The notes beneath the pieces were generated by a model that saw nothing but the letters and a program-made list of their open reading frames with translations, had not been told where the DNA came from and searched no databases. A stretch of DNA of 41,563 nt from Candidatus Micrarchaeota archaeon (GTDB taxonomy: Archaea; Micrarchaeota; Micrarchaeia; CAILAH01). The translations under genes and the position numbers were made by a program. Positions 8,392 through 17,312 of this stretch are shown here, one piece after another (positions within the stretch are counted from its first letter, which is position 1; each line of letters begins with the position of its first letter). Where the stretch lies: contig JAOAKK010000002.1 in assembly GCA_026413685.1 (NCBI GenBank), forward strand, positions 1-41,563, written 5' to 3'.

Positions 8392-9801
8392 ATGGAAATG
8401 AGCAAGATAGGGAACTTCTCAGAATGGTACCAAACAGTCCTGTTTGATGCGGGCATTGTTGATATACGCTATCCAGTAAAAGGCATGCCTGTTTATATGC
8501 CCTGGGGGTTCCAATCTTTGGATTATATGTTTTCATTCCTTGAGAAATTGCTGGACGAGACGGGCCACCAGAAGATGCTGTTTCCAGTGGCCATTCCAGA
8601 GAGTACGTTTTCGAAGGAGACGGAGCATATCAAGGGGTTTGAGGATGAGGTGCTTTGGATAACTCACGGTGGCCTTGCACCTTTGGAAGAGCGGCTCGTC
8701 CTCCGCCCTACCTCTGAGACTGCGATGTACCCAATGTTTGCATTATGGGCACGGTCGCACGCTGACCTCCCAATAAAAATCTACCAGACAACTTCAGTGT
8801 ACAGGCACGAGACGAAGGCTACCCGCCCGCTCATTCGCGGGCGTGAAGTGTACTGGAACGAGGCGCACACGTCACACGCCACGCTTGATGAGGCAGCACA
8901 GAACGTTGAGGAAGCGATAAAAATTTACAGTGAGTTTTACAAGGCGTTATGCATCCCGTTCGTGGTGATTAAGCGCCCGGAGTTTGATAAGTTTGCAGGT
9001 GCGCTTTACACGTATGCATTCGATACGGTCATGCCCGATGGGAGGACGTTGCAGATTGCAACCGCACATAACCTTGGCGACAATTTCGCAAAAGCCTACG
9101 ATGTCAAATACTCAACGGAGACGGGCGAGCAGAGGTATGCATGCCAGACGTCGTATGGGATAAGCATGCGCGGGCTTGCAGCTGTGATATCAATCCACGG
9201 TGACGAGAAAGGCCTCAAGCTCCCGTTTGAGATTGCACCCGTCCAGATAGTTTTCGTGCCTATATACTCAAAGGATAACAATGCTGCTGTTGATGCCGTG
9301 CTCAGGCCAGTTTATGAATCGCTCCGCACATTGTACAGGTGCAGGTATGACGATTCAAGGAAGCGCCCAGGTGAAAAGTATTACTTCTGGGAGCTTAAGG
9401 GAGTCCCACTGAGGATAGAGGCTGGGATGCGCGACTTGTCAGAGGGCAAGGTGACGCTTGTTGACAGGAACGGCACAAAGAAGCAGGTAGCAATTGCGGG
9501 CATTGCGGATGAGATCCCGCGTGCGGTTGACGCATATCACAAAAAGCTGTATGCAGATGCGAAGGCGTTTTTTGACAGGCACCAGTTTACAGCGAACACA
9601 GTTAAGGAGCTTCGTGAGATGATGGATGAGTACCGTGGGATGATACGTATAGGCTGGTGCGGCAGTATGGAATGTGCAGAGGAGCTTGACAAGCTTGAGG
9701 TAGGGAAAATACTTGGCTACGAGAAGGGGAACGCAAAAAAGAGGAAATGCATCATTTGCGGCAGGGATGGTGACGAGGTTATAATCTCAAAATCCTACTG
9801 A
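8392..9801 (+). CDS. proS: Prolyl-tRNA synthetase, archaeal/eukaryotic type
   Basis: FSEWYQTVL..AGIVDIRYPVKGMPVYMPWGF, class II motifs (LRPTSET, YQTTSVYRHE), a C-terminal zinc-binding-like domain, and a terminal Tyr (..ISKSY). Confidence 0.93.
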   Translation: MEMSKIGNFSEWYQTVLFDAGIVDIRYPVKGMPVYMPWGFQSLDYMFSFLEKLLDETGHQKMLFPVAIPESTFSKETEHIKGFEDEVLWITHGGLAPLEERLVLRPTSETAMYPMFALWARSHADLPIKIYQTTSVYRHETKATRPLIRGREVYWNEAHTSHATLDEAAQNVEEAIKIYSEFYKALCIPFVVIKRPEFDKFAGALYTYAFDTVMPDGRTLQIATAHNLGDNFAKAYDVKYSTETGEQRYACQTSYGISMRGLAAVISIHGDEKGLKLPFEIAPVQIVFVPIYSKDNNAAVDAVLRPVYESLRTLYRCRYDDSRKRPGEKYYFWELKGVPLRIEAGMRDLSEGKVTLVDRNGTKKQVAIAGIADEIPRAVDAYHKKLYADAKAFFDRHQFTANTVKELREMMDEYRGMIRIGWCGSMECAEELDKLEVGKILGYEKGNAKKRKCIICGRDGDEVIISKSY

Positions 9802-9813
9802 TTTTTTATTGAG

Positions 9814-10020
9814 CGCCCCCACTGGGATTTGAACCCAGCCCTCAGCCTTACCATAACCCAATAAATCCATTCTATGCGGTTAGGTTAGGCCACACGACGC
9901 GCATTCGCTGAAGCCGAATGGCGCATTATCTTCGCACAGCGAAGATGCATGTGGAAATGGGTATCCCCATCCCATCAGTGACCGCAGGGCCGCATACTAT
10001 CCAGGCTATACTATGGGGGC
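9814..10020 (-). tRNA. tRNA-Arg (provisional anticodon GCG) with a ~133-nt intron at 37/38 (intron about 9849-9981)
   Basis: Read on the minus strand. Acceptor stem GCCCCCA/TGGGGGC. D arm GTAT-AGCCTGGATA-GTAT with two G-U pairs. Anticodon stem CGGCC/GGCTG with loop CTGCGG|intron|A. T arm CTGGG-TTCAAAT-CCCAG. Discriminator G. No encoded CCA. Confidence 0.75.
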
Positions 10021-10030
10021 CTGAACGCAC

Positions 10031-10060
10031 ATATTAGAATTAAAAAAGGTTTTAATACAT
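10031..10060. promoter_or_regulatory. A/T-rich divergent promoter region between tRNA-Arg and the YrdC/TsaC gene
   Basis: ATATTAGAATTAAAAAAGGTTTTAATACAT lies within the 60-nt spacer. TTTTTTAATT on the minus strand is about 22 nt from the tRNA 5' end. TTTTAATA is about 26 nt from the ATG at 10081. Confidence 0.4.
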
Positions 10061-10080
10061 TCCTTGCCCTACTAACCTAT

Positions 10081-10752
10081 ATGGACGCTCTCCAATGCCT
10101 CAGGTCTGGCAACGTTATCCTGCTGCAGACAGATACGTTATGGGGCCTTTCCTGTGATGCGACCAATGACGATGCTGTTGAGGCAGTCATAGACCTGAAA
10201 CACAGGCCCGAGAACAAATCAATGATAATCCTGGTTGCTGATAAGGATATGCTTGCGGAGCACGCACAAATCCCTGAAGGCATTAATATTGATAATCTGA
10301 CAGGTGTCTCGCTGATTTTAAAGTGCCGTGAAGGCACACCACTGAGCAAGAAAATCCTGCAAAACGGCAACGTGTGTGCCAGGATCCCAGATTCGAAGTT
10401 CCTTACAGGCCTGATAAGTGATTTCGGGAAGCCTATCGTGTCAACGAGTGCAAACATAAGCGGTGCAGAGCTTCCGAAATCCCTCGACACGATAGAGCCG
10501 AGCATACGTGAAGAGGTATGCGCCGTTATTGAAAATCCCGAATGTGCTGGTGTTGAGCCACAGCCATCCACAATAATCGACTTGTCAGTGCCTGGCAAGC
10601 TTAAGATAGTGCGTGTGGGCAAGAATATTGACAAGGTTAGGAGAATGCTCGCAATGCCGGATTACTCGTTCCAATGGCCGGCTTCAGATATGAAATACCC
10701 ACTTCTCCCGCTCCAGATGTGGTATACATCAAACCTGAAGAAGAAAAGCTGA
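10081..10752 (+). CDS. tsaC: L-threonylcarbamoyladenylate synthase, YrdC/TsaC-type single-domain form
   Basis: YrdC-domain motifs: LQTDTLWGLSCDATNDDAV, IDLKHRPENKSMIILV, ARIPDSKF, GKPIVSTSANISG, STIIDLS. There is no Sua5 C-terminal domain. It has an unrelated tail of about 35 aa. Confidence 0.8.
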   Translation: MDALQCLRSGNVILLQTDTLWGLSCDATNDDAVEAVIDLKHRPENKSMIILVADKDMLAEHAQIPEGINIDNLTGVSLILKCREGTPLSKKILQNGNVCARIPDSKFLTGLISDFGKPIVSTSANISGAELPKSLDTIEPSIREEVCAVIENPECAGVEPQPSTIIDLSVPGKLKIVRVGKNIDKVRRMLAMPDYSFQWPASDMKYPLLPLQMWYTSNLKKKS

Positions 10753-10819
10753 AATCCTGCACCACGCACTTCACCAAGCCTTGCCCTTGCCACTTATGTT
10801 ATCGTGCAGCCGCGTTTTG

Positions 10820-11920
10820 CTAATACTTGTCCTTGAACCCAATCCCAGTTAATATGATTACTGATTTTCCTCCCGGCCTGAGCTTCAAGTACCCAGCATA
10901 CGCGGCCGCGCTTGACACTTCAGCATACACGCCTTTATGCGCAAGCTCAAGCTTTGCGCGTACCGATTCCTGGTCACTCACTGCAACCGCCTCACCTTTA
11001 GTGCTATAGAGCGCCTTGAGCACACCAGCACCATCGACAGGGGCATCACAGTTTATTGCGCTTGCAATCGTCTTAGGGGTTTTCACGGGAGTTATTTTAT
11101 GTGCCTTTTTCCTGAAAGCGCTCACGATGGGTGCACACCCAGCCGCCTGGACAGCAATAAGCCGTGGCACCTTGCGCACAATGCCAAGATGCACCATCTC
11201 ATTGAACGCCTTGAACGTCGCATAAAACAACGTCCCATTGCCTACGGGGATTATGATATTATCAGGGATATCAAAGTTAAGCTGGTCGGCAATCTCATAC
11301 GCAACAGTCTTCTGGCCTTCAAGGCGGTATGGGTAATCACCCGTGAGGTACGCACCCGAATTTTTGGCATACTCGATGCTCTTGAGCATTGCCTCAGTAT
11401 ACGTTTTCCCACCCCTAATTATTTTTGCACCGTAATATTTCATCTGCTTGAGCTTGACAGGCTCGGCAAACTCAGGCGTGAAAATCACAGCCTTAACACC
11501 GGCTTTTGCAGCATACGCTGCAATGCTCGCACCCATATTGCCCGTGGATGCACACACAACCTCTTTCCTCCCCAATTCGACTGCCTTGCTGATTTCAACG
11601 GCCGAGCCGCGATCCTTAAACGCGCCTGTCGGGTTGACGCCCTCAAGCTTTGCGAGCACGTTACCGCCCAGCGATATGAGCGGTGTCCCTCCCTCACCCA
11701 TCGTTATTGCATTGTGCGGCCTTGCCAGCGGAAGTGCAAAATAGTATTTCATATGCGTTGGTGGCATATACCTGAACTGCATGGGCACGAATGCGCTCTT
11801 CATTTTTTCATAGTCATAATCAACCTCAAGCGAGCCGCCGCATTTCATACACTTGAATTCTGGCTTTGTGCCCATCACTTGCACATTGCAGTCCATACAC
11901 CTGTACCCAATCTCATACAT
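10820..11920 (-). CDS. thrC: Threonine synthase with an N-terminal zinc ribbon
   Basis: CMDC...CMKCGG ribbon, the PLP-lysine motif NPTGAFKDRG, and ASTGNMGAS. I chose the start at 11920 (MYEIGYRC) because AAAGTTATAAAGA lies about 25 nt upstream. The ORF track begins at a GTG at 11965. The related cysteate synthase cannot be excluded by eye. Confidence 0.8.
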   Translation of the reverse strand: MYEIGYRCMDCNVQVMGTKPEFKCMKCGGSLEVDYDYEKMKSAFVPMQFRYMPPTHMKYYFALPLARPHNAITMGEGGTPLISLGGNVLAKLEGVNPTGAFKDRGSAVEISKAVELGRKEVVCASTGNMGASIAAYAAKAGVKAVIFTPEFAEPVKLKQMKYYGAKIIRGGKTYTEAMLKSIEYAKNSGAYLTGDYPYRLEGQKTVAYEIADQLNFDIPDNIIIPVGNGTLFYATFKAFNEMVHLGIVRKVPRLIAVQAAGCAPIVSAFRKKAHKITPVKTPKTIASAINCDAPVDGAGVLKALYSTKGEAVAVSDQESVRAKLELAHKGVYAEVSSAAAYAGYLKLRPGGKSVIILTGIGFKDKY

Positions 11921-11971
11921 AAAACCCAATCTCACCGCATCTTTATAACTTTTAAGGCAGAACACGTACTT

Positions 11972-12931
11972 ATGGACATGAAAGAGATGTTATACTCTTT
12001 TAGCAGCCAGCTCACCGAAGGCTGGGAATGCGCACGCAGCATTGAGCTCGGCCACGGCATTGTGGAGCACATCAGCGTAGTTGGCATGGGAGGCAGTGCG
12101 CTCCCCGGGGATTTCTTGCGTGCGTATTCAGATAGGGCTTTCACCAATGTAACGCGCGATTATGACCTGCAGCCAATGCCTCCACATACACTCTACGCAT
12201 TCATCTCATACTCCGGCAACACTGAAGAGACGGTGAGCGCATTCGAGTCTGCCGTTAACAGGAAACTCCCGTGCGTTGTCATTACGAGCGGTGGCAACCT
12301 GCTCGACCTGGCACGTGTGCATGGCATCCCACACGTCGAAGTCAGGAAAGGCCTCGCCCCGCGGCTTGCACTCCCACTGCTCTCTGCAGCCTTGCTCTCA
12401 ATCTGCAACAGGGCAAGGATACTTAATGTAAGGGAGGATGAGATACGTGACGCTGCCAGAATGCTCGACTCCTCCTCCACATCAGCTTCAGAATTCGGCC
12501 GTGCACTATCAAGTGCGTTCTATATGCGTATCCCGCTGTTTTATGCATCTGCACGGAACGAGATAATCGCAAAGGCCGGCAAGATTGCGCTGAATGAGAA
12601 CTCAAAAACTCAGGCATTCTACAGCGTAATCCCCGAGATGAACCATAACGAGATAAACGGGTTTGATGTGCTGAACGGCCAGTTCTCTGCGGTGTTCATA
12701 TATGACAACGATGACCACCCACAAAACGAGAAGAGGATGCGGCTCACCCAACAAATGCTCAGCGAGCGCGGCGTGCCGGCAATGGACATAAAACTGCCGC
12801 AGGAGAACCGCATATTCAAGATCTTATACGCAATCCAGTCGTTTTATTGGGCGTCATACTACCTGGCAGGCAGGTATAACGTCGACCCACTGGGCGTACC
12901 AATCGTTGAGCAGCTCAAGAAACAGCTCTAG
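11972..12931 (+). CDS. pgi: Bifunctional phosphoglucose/phosphomannose isomerase (SIS domain)
   Basis: This is the real gene within the 664-aa ORF, starting MDMKEMLYSF. It has the SIS motifs VVGMGGSALPGDF and ISYSGNTEET, and a PGI/PMI C-terminal domain (IPEMNHNEINGF). Confidence 0.8.
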   Translation: MDMKEMLYSFSSQLTEGWECARSIELGHGIVEHISVVGMGGSALPGDFLRAYSDRAFTNVTRDYDLQPMPPHTLYAFISYSGNTEETVSAFESAVNRKLPCVVITSGGNLLDLARVHGIPHVEVRKGLAPRLALPLLSAALLSICNRARILNVREDEIRDAARMLDSSSTSASEFGRALSSAFYMRIPLFYASARNEIIAKAGKIALNENSKTQAFYSVIPEMNHNEINGFDVLNGQFSAVFIYDNDDHPQNEKRMRLTQQMLSERGVPAMDIKLPQENRIFKILYAIQSFYWASYYLAGRYNVDPLGVPIVEQLKKQL

Positions 12932-13095
12932 CAGGATTATTGCGGTGACCGGGCAGGTCTCAATTATTTAGTGTATGGTATCAGCCTGCCCATCTATCAT
13001 CACTGCACGCAAGTGCTCAGGGATCACCTTAACCTCATCATCTTTTCATAATTAGGGCCCGGCGTGCTTAAAAACGTTTTCTGCAATCCAATAAT

Positions 13096-13617
13096 ATGCG
13101 ATGTTTCATAGCTGCGGAAATCAGCGATAAGGTGCGCACAGCCATCAGCAGCATAATGCGCAGTGCTGATGATAGCACGCTCAAGATGGTTGATAGCGGG
13201 ATTATGCACATCACACTCAAGTTTCTAGGCGAGATTGGCGGGGATGACGCTGATATGTGCAAGCGCATTCTTGATGAGTGTGCAGGCCATCCCATCCCAT
13301 TGCGGTTTTCAGGCGGCGGTGCATTCCCAAGCCCATACGCTGCACGTGTTATTTATGTGGGCGCAACATCACCTGGCCTTGTGCAGCTGGCAGAATGCAT
13401 CAGGAAACGCACGGCACAATACGGTGATAACAAGCCGTTCGTTTGCCACGTAACGGTGGCACGCGCACGCCACAGGCCCGTCAATGCAACAAAGCTGGTT
13501 GAGAAGCTTAACGCCATCAATTTTGATGATGAGGTGCGCACCATTTCAATAAAGAAGAGCACGCTTACCCCAACAGGCCCGGTTTATGAGGACATTTACG
13601 TAAAAAAGCTGGCATGA
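13096..13617 (+). CDS. thpR: RNA 2',3'-cyclic phosphodiesterase (2H phosphoesterase, ThpR/LigT family)
   Basis: Two HxT motifs at the correct spacing (MHITLKFLGE and CHVTVAR), with the typical N-terminus MRCFIAAEI. Confidence 0.85.
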   Translation: MRCFIAAEISDKVRTAISSIMRSADDSTLKMVDSGIMHITLKFLGEIGGDDADMCKRILDECAGHPIPLRFSGGGAFPSPYAARVIYVGATSPGLVQLAECIRKRTAQYGDNKPFVCHVTVARARHRPVNATKLVEKLNAINFDDEVRTISIKKSTLTPTGPVYEDIYVKKLA

Positions 13618-13652
13618 GTTAAAATATCAGCCATGCCACGTTGCACATTGCA

Positions 13653-14285
13653 TCAGTTGGTAGGTGATGGTATGGTTTGTTGTTGTGGCGGTGTGATATG
13701 CTCAAGTGGCGGCGTGTCATCAAGGATAAGCACCGCTGCCGCAACAACAGTCGTCCACAATCCGTTCTTATCAACGATTGCTGACTGAGTTATGTTGCTC
13801 GTGCGCACAATCTTCCCGCTCATCTTGAACAGTTTCTCCTTGTCATCCCAGCTCTGGTCAGCATCAAACTCAAGCCCCAGTGTTGATGCGAGGAACGTTG
13901 CAGCCAGGTCTTCAGCATAATCACCGGCCTTTTCCTCGGTCTCGCCGAACGAGTGGTGCTCACTCAGGTAGCCGTGCAAGCTCCTGTCAGCTGGCACGGC
14001 AACACCGACAGATGCGGCAAGCAGCCTGTTTGGCTCATTTGACGAGTTCCTGCTCATCACGACGAACGTGATTTCGCCGGGCTTCACATACTTAAGGCCC
14101 TTCTCGCGCGGTATAATCTCAGCATACGGCGGGAGTATGCTCGACACAGTCACAAGGTTTGCCTTCTCAATCCCGGCATCACGCAACGCAATCTCAAAAG
14201 AGCCGAGCTGGTGCTTATGCCTCCCGACTCCTTTGGTAAGGAACACTTTCTTTGGCACAAAATTCATCCCATTCATTTCACACAC
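13653..14285 (-). CDS. pdaD: Pyruvoyl-dependent arginine decarboxylase
   Basis: [44 protein letters not shown] contains the self-cleavage Ser-Ser region. The start may be an internal Met (MNGMNF). There is a Pro/Gln-rich C-terminal extension. Confidence 0.88.
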   Translation of the reverse strand: MCEMNGMNFVPKKVFLTKGVGRHKHQLGSFEIALRDAGIEKANLVTVSSILPPYAEIIPREKGLKYVKPGEITFVVMSRNSSNEPNRLLAASVGVAVPADRSLHGYLSEHHSFGETEEKAGDYAEDLAATFLASTLGLEFDADQSWDDKEKLFKMSGKIVRTSNITQSAIVDKNGLWTTVVAAAVLILDDTPPLEHITPPQQQTIPSPTN

Positions 14286-14357
14286 AACTCCTTCAGCATA
14301 AAAGCCGCTTCTTTATGAGAATGAAATTTTTAATAAATTTTGCAATGTGCCTTTTTC

Positions 14358-15383
14358 CTAGAGCCACTTCCCTATCCTGGACTGCCCTGCCTTCTCATCA
14401 TGCGCTTTAACGTATGTATCAATCGAGTGCCCTATCCGCTCAGGTGAGAACCCGTGGGTTTCGCACATTATTTTCATTACACGCTGCTTGTCAATGTTGC
14501 CAAACCCGACCACCACGTCATCAACATCTGGGCGCAGGAAAAACTCCTCTATGCTTTCCCAAAGTGAAAGCTCCTCCTGCGCATTAGATTTTGTGTGCAC
14601 TTCCTTAAGCGACGAGCATTCTTTCACGAGCTTGAGCCCTTTCTTTGGGCCTATATTCTTCACGCCTTCATTGAAATCCGTGCCTATGAGCAGCCCAACC
14701 CATATAAGCTGCTGCCTTGTTATCCCGAGCGTGTCGAGCGTTTCCTGGAGGCTTATCACCTCAGGGAACACATCCACAAGCCTGCCCCTGCCGGGCAGCC
14801 TGCGTTTCCCGCTCATCGTAAGGTTTCTCAGGAGCACTGGCGAGCCGAACAGCAGCGCATCATAATCCTGCGACGCCGCATAATCTGCCTTGCCCCTCGT
14901 CACAAGGTATGCGGCCTCAGCTTCACCCTCACTCCTCGCCTGCACGTAAGGTATCCCCATCGCACCCAACAGCTCCTTGCATTCCTCGACCATCTCAGGT
15001 GTAAGCGAGCTGGTAGCCTGTGCAAACTTGCGCGCATCATCAAGCCTGCCTTCTTTGAGCGCATCCTCCCATTTCCTGCGCGCATCCTCTTTCACACCGC
15101 GCCTGCTCTCAATCGTACCAGTTTTCCATACGGGCGGCGGGCCGTCAAACACGTAAATGAGCCGTATATCCTGCTCGAGCAGGTTAATGTTCCTGTAAAA
15201 CAGGCCGGACAAATGGCTCGTGATACGCCCCTGCGCATCAAGCAGCGGTGTGCCGTCACGCTGGCGTATTATTGAAAGGAACTGGTAAATTGCATTAAAC
15301 GCATCAACCGCCACAACCTTACCGGCCAGGTCGCTTAATTCAACGCGTTTTTTCACAACGAGGTTTCCAAGGTCAACTCCCAC
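14358..15383 (-). CDS. fen: Flap endonuclease 1
   Basis: MGVDLGNLVVKK..., VAVDAFNAIYQFL, ITSHLSGLFYR, IYVFDGPPP, and the C-terminal PIP-like QSRIGKWL. Confidence 0.95.
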   Translation of the reverse strand: MGVDLGNLVVKKRVELSDLAGKVVAVDAFNAIYQFLSIIRQRDGTPLLDAQGRITSHLSGLFYRNINLLEQDIRLIYVFDGPPPVWKTGTIESRRGVKEDARRKWEDALKEGRLDDARKFAQATSSLTPEMVEECKELLGAMGIPYVQARSEGEAEAAYLVTRGKADYAASQDYDALLFGSPVLLRNLTMSGKRRLPGRGRLVDVFPEVISLQETLDTLGITRQQLIWVGLLIGTDFNEGVKNIGPKKGLKLVKECSSLKEVHTKSNAQEELSLWESIEEFFLRPDVDDVVVGFGNIDKQRVMKIMCETHGFSPERIGHSIDTYVKAHDEKAGQSRIGKWL

Positions 15384-15398
15384 CTGCCCAACACCTCA

Positions 15399-15815
15399 CT
15401 ACTTCTCTTCCGGTATTTCAGTTATCTTCACGTTAAGCGCTTTCTCGAGCTTTTTGGCAAGCTTGAGCGTGGGCAGCGTATCGCCGTGCACAACCCTCTT
15501 GAGATAAGACTCGTTCTCATCAATGCTCCTCGCAAGCTGGCTGTATGAGATCCCAATCCTGCTTATCTGCTTGCGCAGTATCTCGGCATAATCCTCAACA
15601 ATCTCTTCACGTGACGATTCAAGGGCGGCTTTCTTATCCCGCCTGTGCGCAGCACTTCCAGATACACCGCCGGTCTTTGGCTTTTGAATTGCCACAGCAG
15701 GATTCTCAATGACCTTGCCAAGCCTTGCACAGTCAACACATACTTCGAGCCGCACACCTTCTATGATAGCGGCTTTCACGGCCTTTTTTGCACCGCAAAC
15801 CTCACAGTCGCCCAT
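15399..15815 (-). CDS. mbf1: Archaeal multiprotein-bridging factor 1 (zinc ribbon plus HTH, TIGR00270 type)
   Basis: N-terminal CEVCGA...CVDC ribbon and a C-terminal Cro/C1-type HTH (ISYSQLARSIDENESYLKRVVHGDTLPTLKLAKKLEKALNV). Confidence 0.8.
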   Translation of the reverse strand: MGDCEVCGAKKAVKAAIIEGVRLEVCVDCARLGKVIENPAVAIQKPKTGGVSGSAAHRRDKKAALESSREEIVEDYAEILRKQISRIGISYSQLARSIDENESYLKRVVHGDTLPTLKLAKKLEKALNVKITEIPEEK

Positions 15816-15873
15816 TTTCCCACCGACTCAAGCATATATTTTCCCACAAGCTTATAATAATGCCTTTGCTAAT

Positions 15874-17241
15874 ATGGCTTCAATGCAAGGCGTAATTGTT
15901 TTCCTGGCAGTGCTCGGTGCATTCCTCACCATACTTTCACTGCCGTTCTCAGACATCCACAAGTTCATTGCGGAAGTCATCCTGCTTGGGGCTTACGGCT
16001 ACTACCTGCACAAGAAATACAAGATAGAGTACTATTATGGAATGCTGATGCTCAAGACGCGTGAAGGCCTCAGCGAGATTGACAAGATATCAAGGCACAC
16101 AAAGCTCTGGCAGCACCTTGTAGATGCAGGCACGGTCATCTCATACGGGATGCTCACACTGCTCCTGTTCAAGCACGTGCGCATCCGCGATTTCATCCCC
16201 GGCATGCTCACCCTGCTTTTCATTACAGTTTTCCTGCTGCCGAACCTCTACCCAGTAGCGCTCTCCGTGATAGGGCTGCCATACGAAAGCCCTGGCAAGG
16301 CAATCACCGTCTCTGGAGGCCCTGACATTACAATCCCTCTTGCAGCCATTGCAATATTGGCGGTCGGCCTTGCCACAGTAATCACGCTTGGGCTCATATA
16401 CCAGGCAGGCACCACGCTTATTGGGCTATACATGAACATCTTTGGTGGCGCATCCGCAACTGTACAGCCGGGTGCATATCTCATCCTCCCCGGCATAAAC
16501 ATACCATTCATTGAAGGCGTGATTGCACTGCTGATGCTCCTGTTCGTGCACGAGCTTGCACACGCAGTCCTCTCACGTGTCGCGCGCGTGCCGCTCAGGT
16601 CAGCCGGGATACTGCTTTTTGGGTTCATACCCATCGGAGCATTCGTTGACCCTGAGGAGAAAATCCTGCTCAAAAAGCCAAAATCAGACCAGGCGCGTGT
16701 GGTTGTGGCAGGCTCAGTGGCAAATTATGCGCTTTCCATTGTATCTTTTGTGATGCTAATGCTGCTGGTATCACTGCCGCTGGGCGCATACGATACCGGG
16801 CTTAAAGTTGCAGCTGCAAAGGAAGGGCTGCCGATACAGAAAGGCGATATCATACTCGCCATAAACGGTGTTGAGATGGATTCGTATAGCACATACCTGC
16901 GCTATCGCTCGGCAATACAGCCAAACTCAACACTCATTGTTACGACACAGCGTGGGGACGTTGAAGTGCAGACTGATGAGAACGCGCTCATAGGTGTCCT
17001 GCTCCAGCCGCGTGTAAAGCCATCGTTTGGGTGGTACGTTTTCCTGCGTGACCTGTTCGCACTGCTGTTTGCGCTCAATTTCTTTGTTGGCTCGTTCAAC
17101 CTGCTGCCCATCCCGCTTTTTGATGGGCACAGGCTTCTTGAGCTCGGCCTTGGCGAGAAAGGTGCACTGCCACTCAAGATAATAACAGTGCTCTCAACAG
17201 CATCGCTTATTGCAGCACTCCTGCCCTGGCTGCTGAGATAA
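15874..17241 (+). CDS. Site-2 protease (M50) intramembrane metalloprotease with PDZ domain
   Basis: HELAHAV zinc motif, NLLPIPLFDGHRLL motif, and a PDZ-like segment (GLPIQKGDIILAINGVEM). The ORF-track start at 15709 overlaps mbf1. TTATAATA at 15852-15859 favours a start at 15874 or 15883. Confidence 0.85.
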   Translation: MASMQGVIVFLAVLGAFLTILSLPFSDIHKFIAEVILLGAYGYYLHKKYKIEYYYGMLMLKTREGLSEIDKISRHTKLWQHLVDAGTVISYGMLTLLLFKHVRIRDFIPGMLTLLFITVFLLPNLYPVALSVIGLPYESPGKAITVSGGPDITIPLAAIAILAVGLATVITLGLIYQAGTTLIGLYMNIFGGASATVQPGAYLILPGINIPFIEGVIALLMLLFVHELAHAVLSRVARVPLRSAGILLFGFIPIGAFVDPEEKILLKKPKSDQARVVVAGSVANYALSIVSFVMLMLLVSLPLGAYDTGLKVAAAKEGLPIQKGDIILAINGVEMDSYSTYLRYRSAIQPNSTLIVTTQRGDVEVQTDENALIGVLLQPRVKPSFGWYVFLRDLFALLFALNFFVGSFNLLPIPLFDGHRLLELGLGEKGALPLKIITVLSTASLIAALLPWLLR

Positions 17242-17312
17242 TAATGGCGGGCCCTCAGATGCGATAGGGGAATATAGATAGGGTTTTAATTAATGCCACT
17301 AATATTGGATTG

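Noticed and set aside
9849-9981. A possible box C/D sRNA inside the tRNA-Arg intron. CTGATGG lies near the intron's 5' end and CTGA at the anticodon-stem 3' half.
   Set aside because: The C-like box has a mismatch to RUGAUGA. The only CUGA lies in the exon rather than the intron. There are no C'/D' boxes and the spacing (over 120 nt) is far too long. This is probably coincidental, so I kept it only as something for an Rfam scan to exclude.
10937-11971. The 5' 345 codons of the 664-aa + strand ORF (10937-12931).
   Set aside because: This part runs antisense to the well-supported threonine synthase gene and has a Cys/His/Arg-rich, non-protein-like composition. The recognisable PGI/PMI protein begins at the internal ATG at 11972, right after the divergent promoter.
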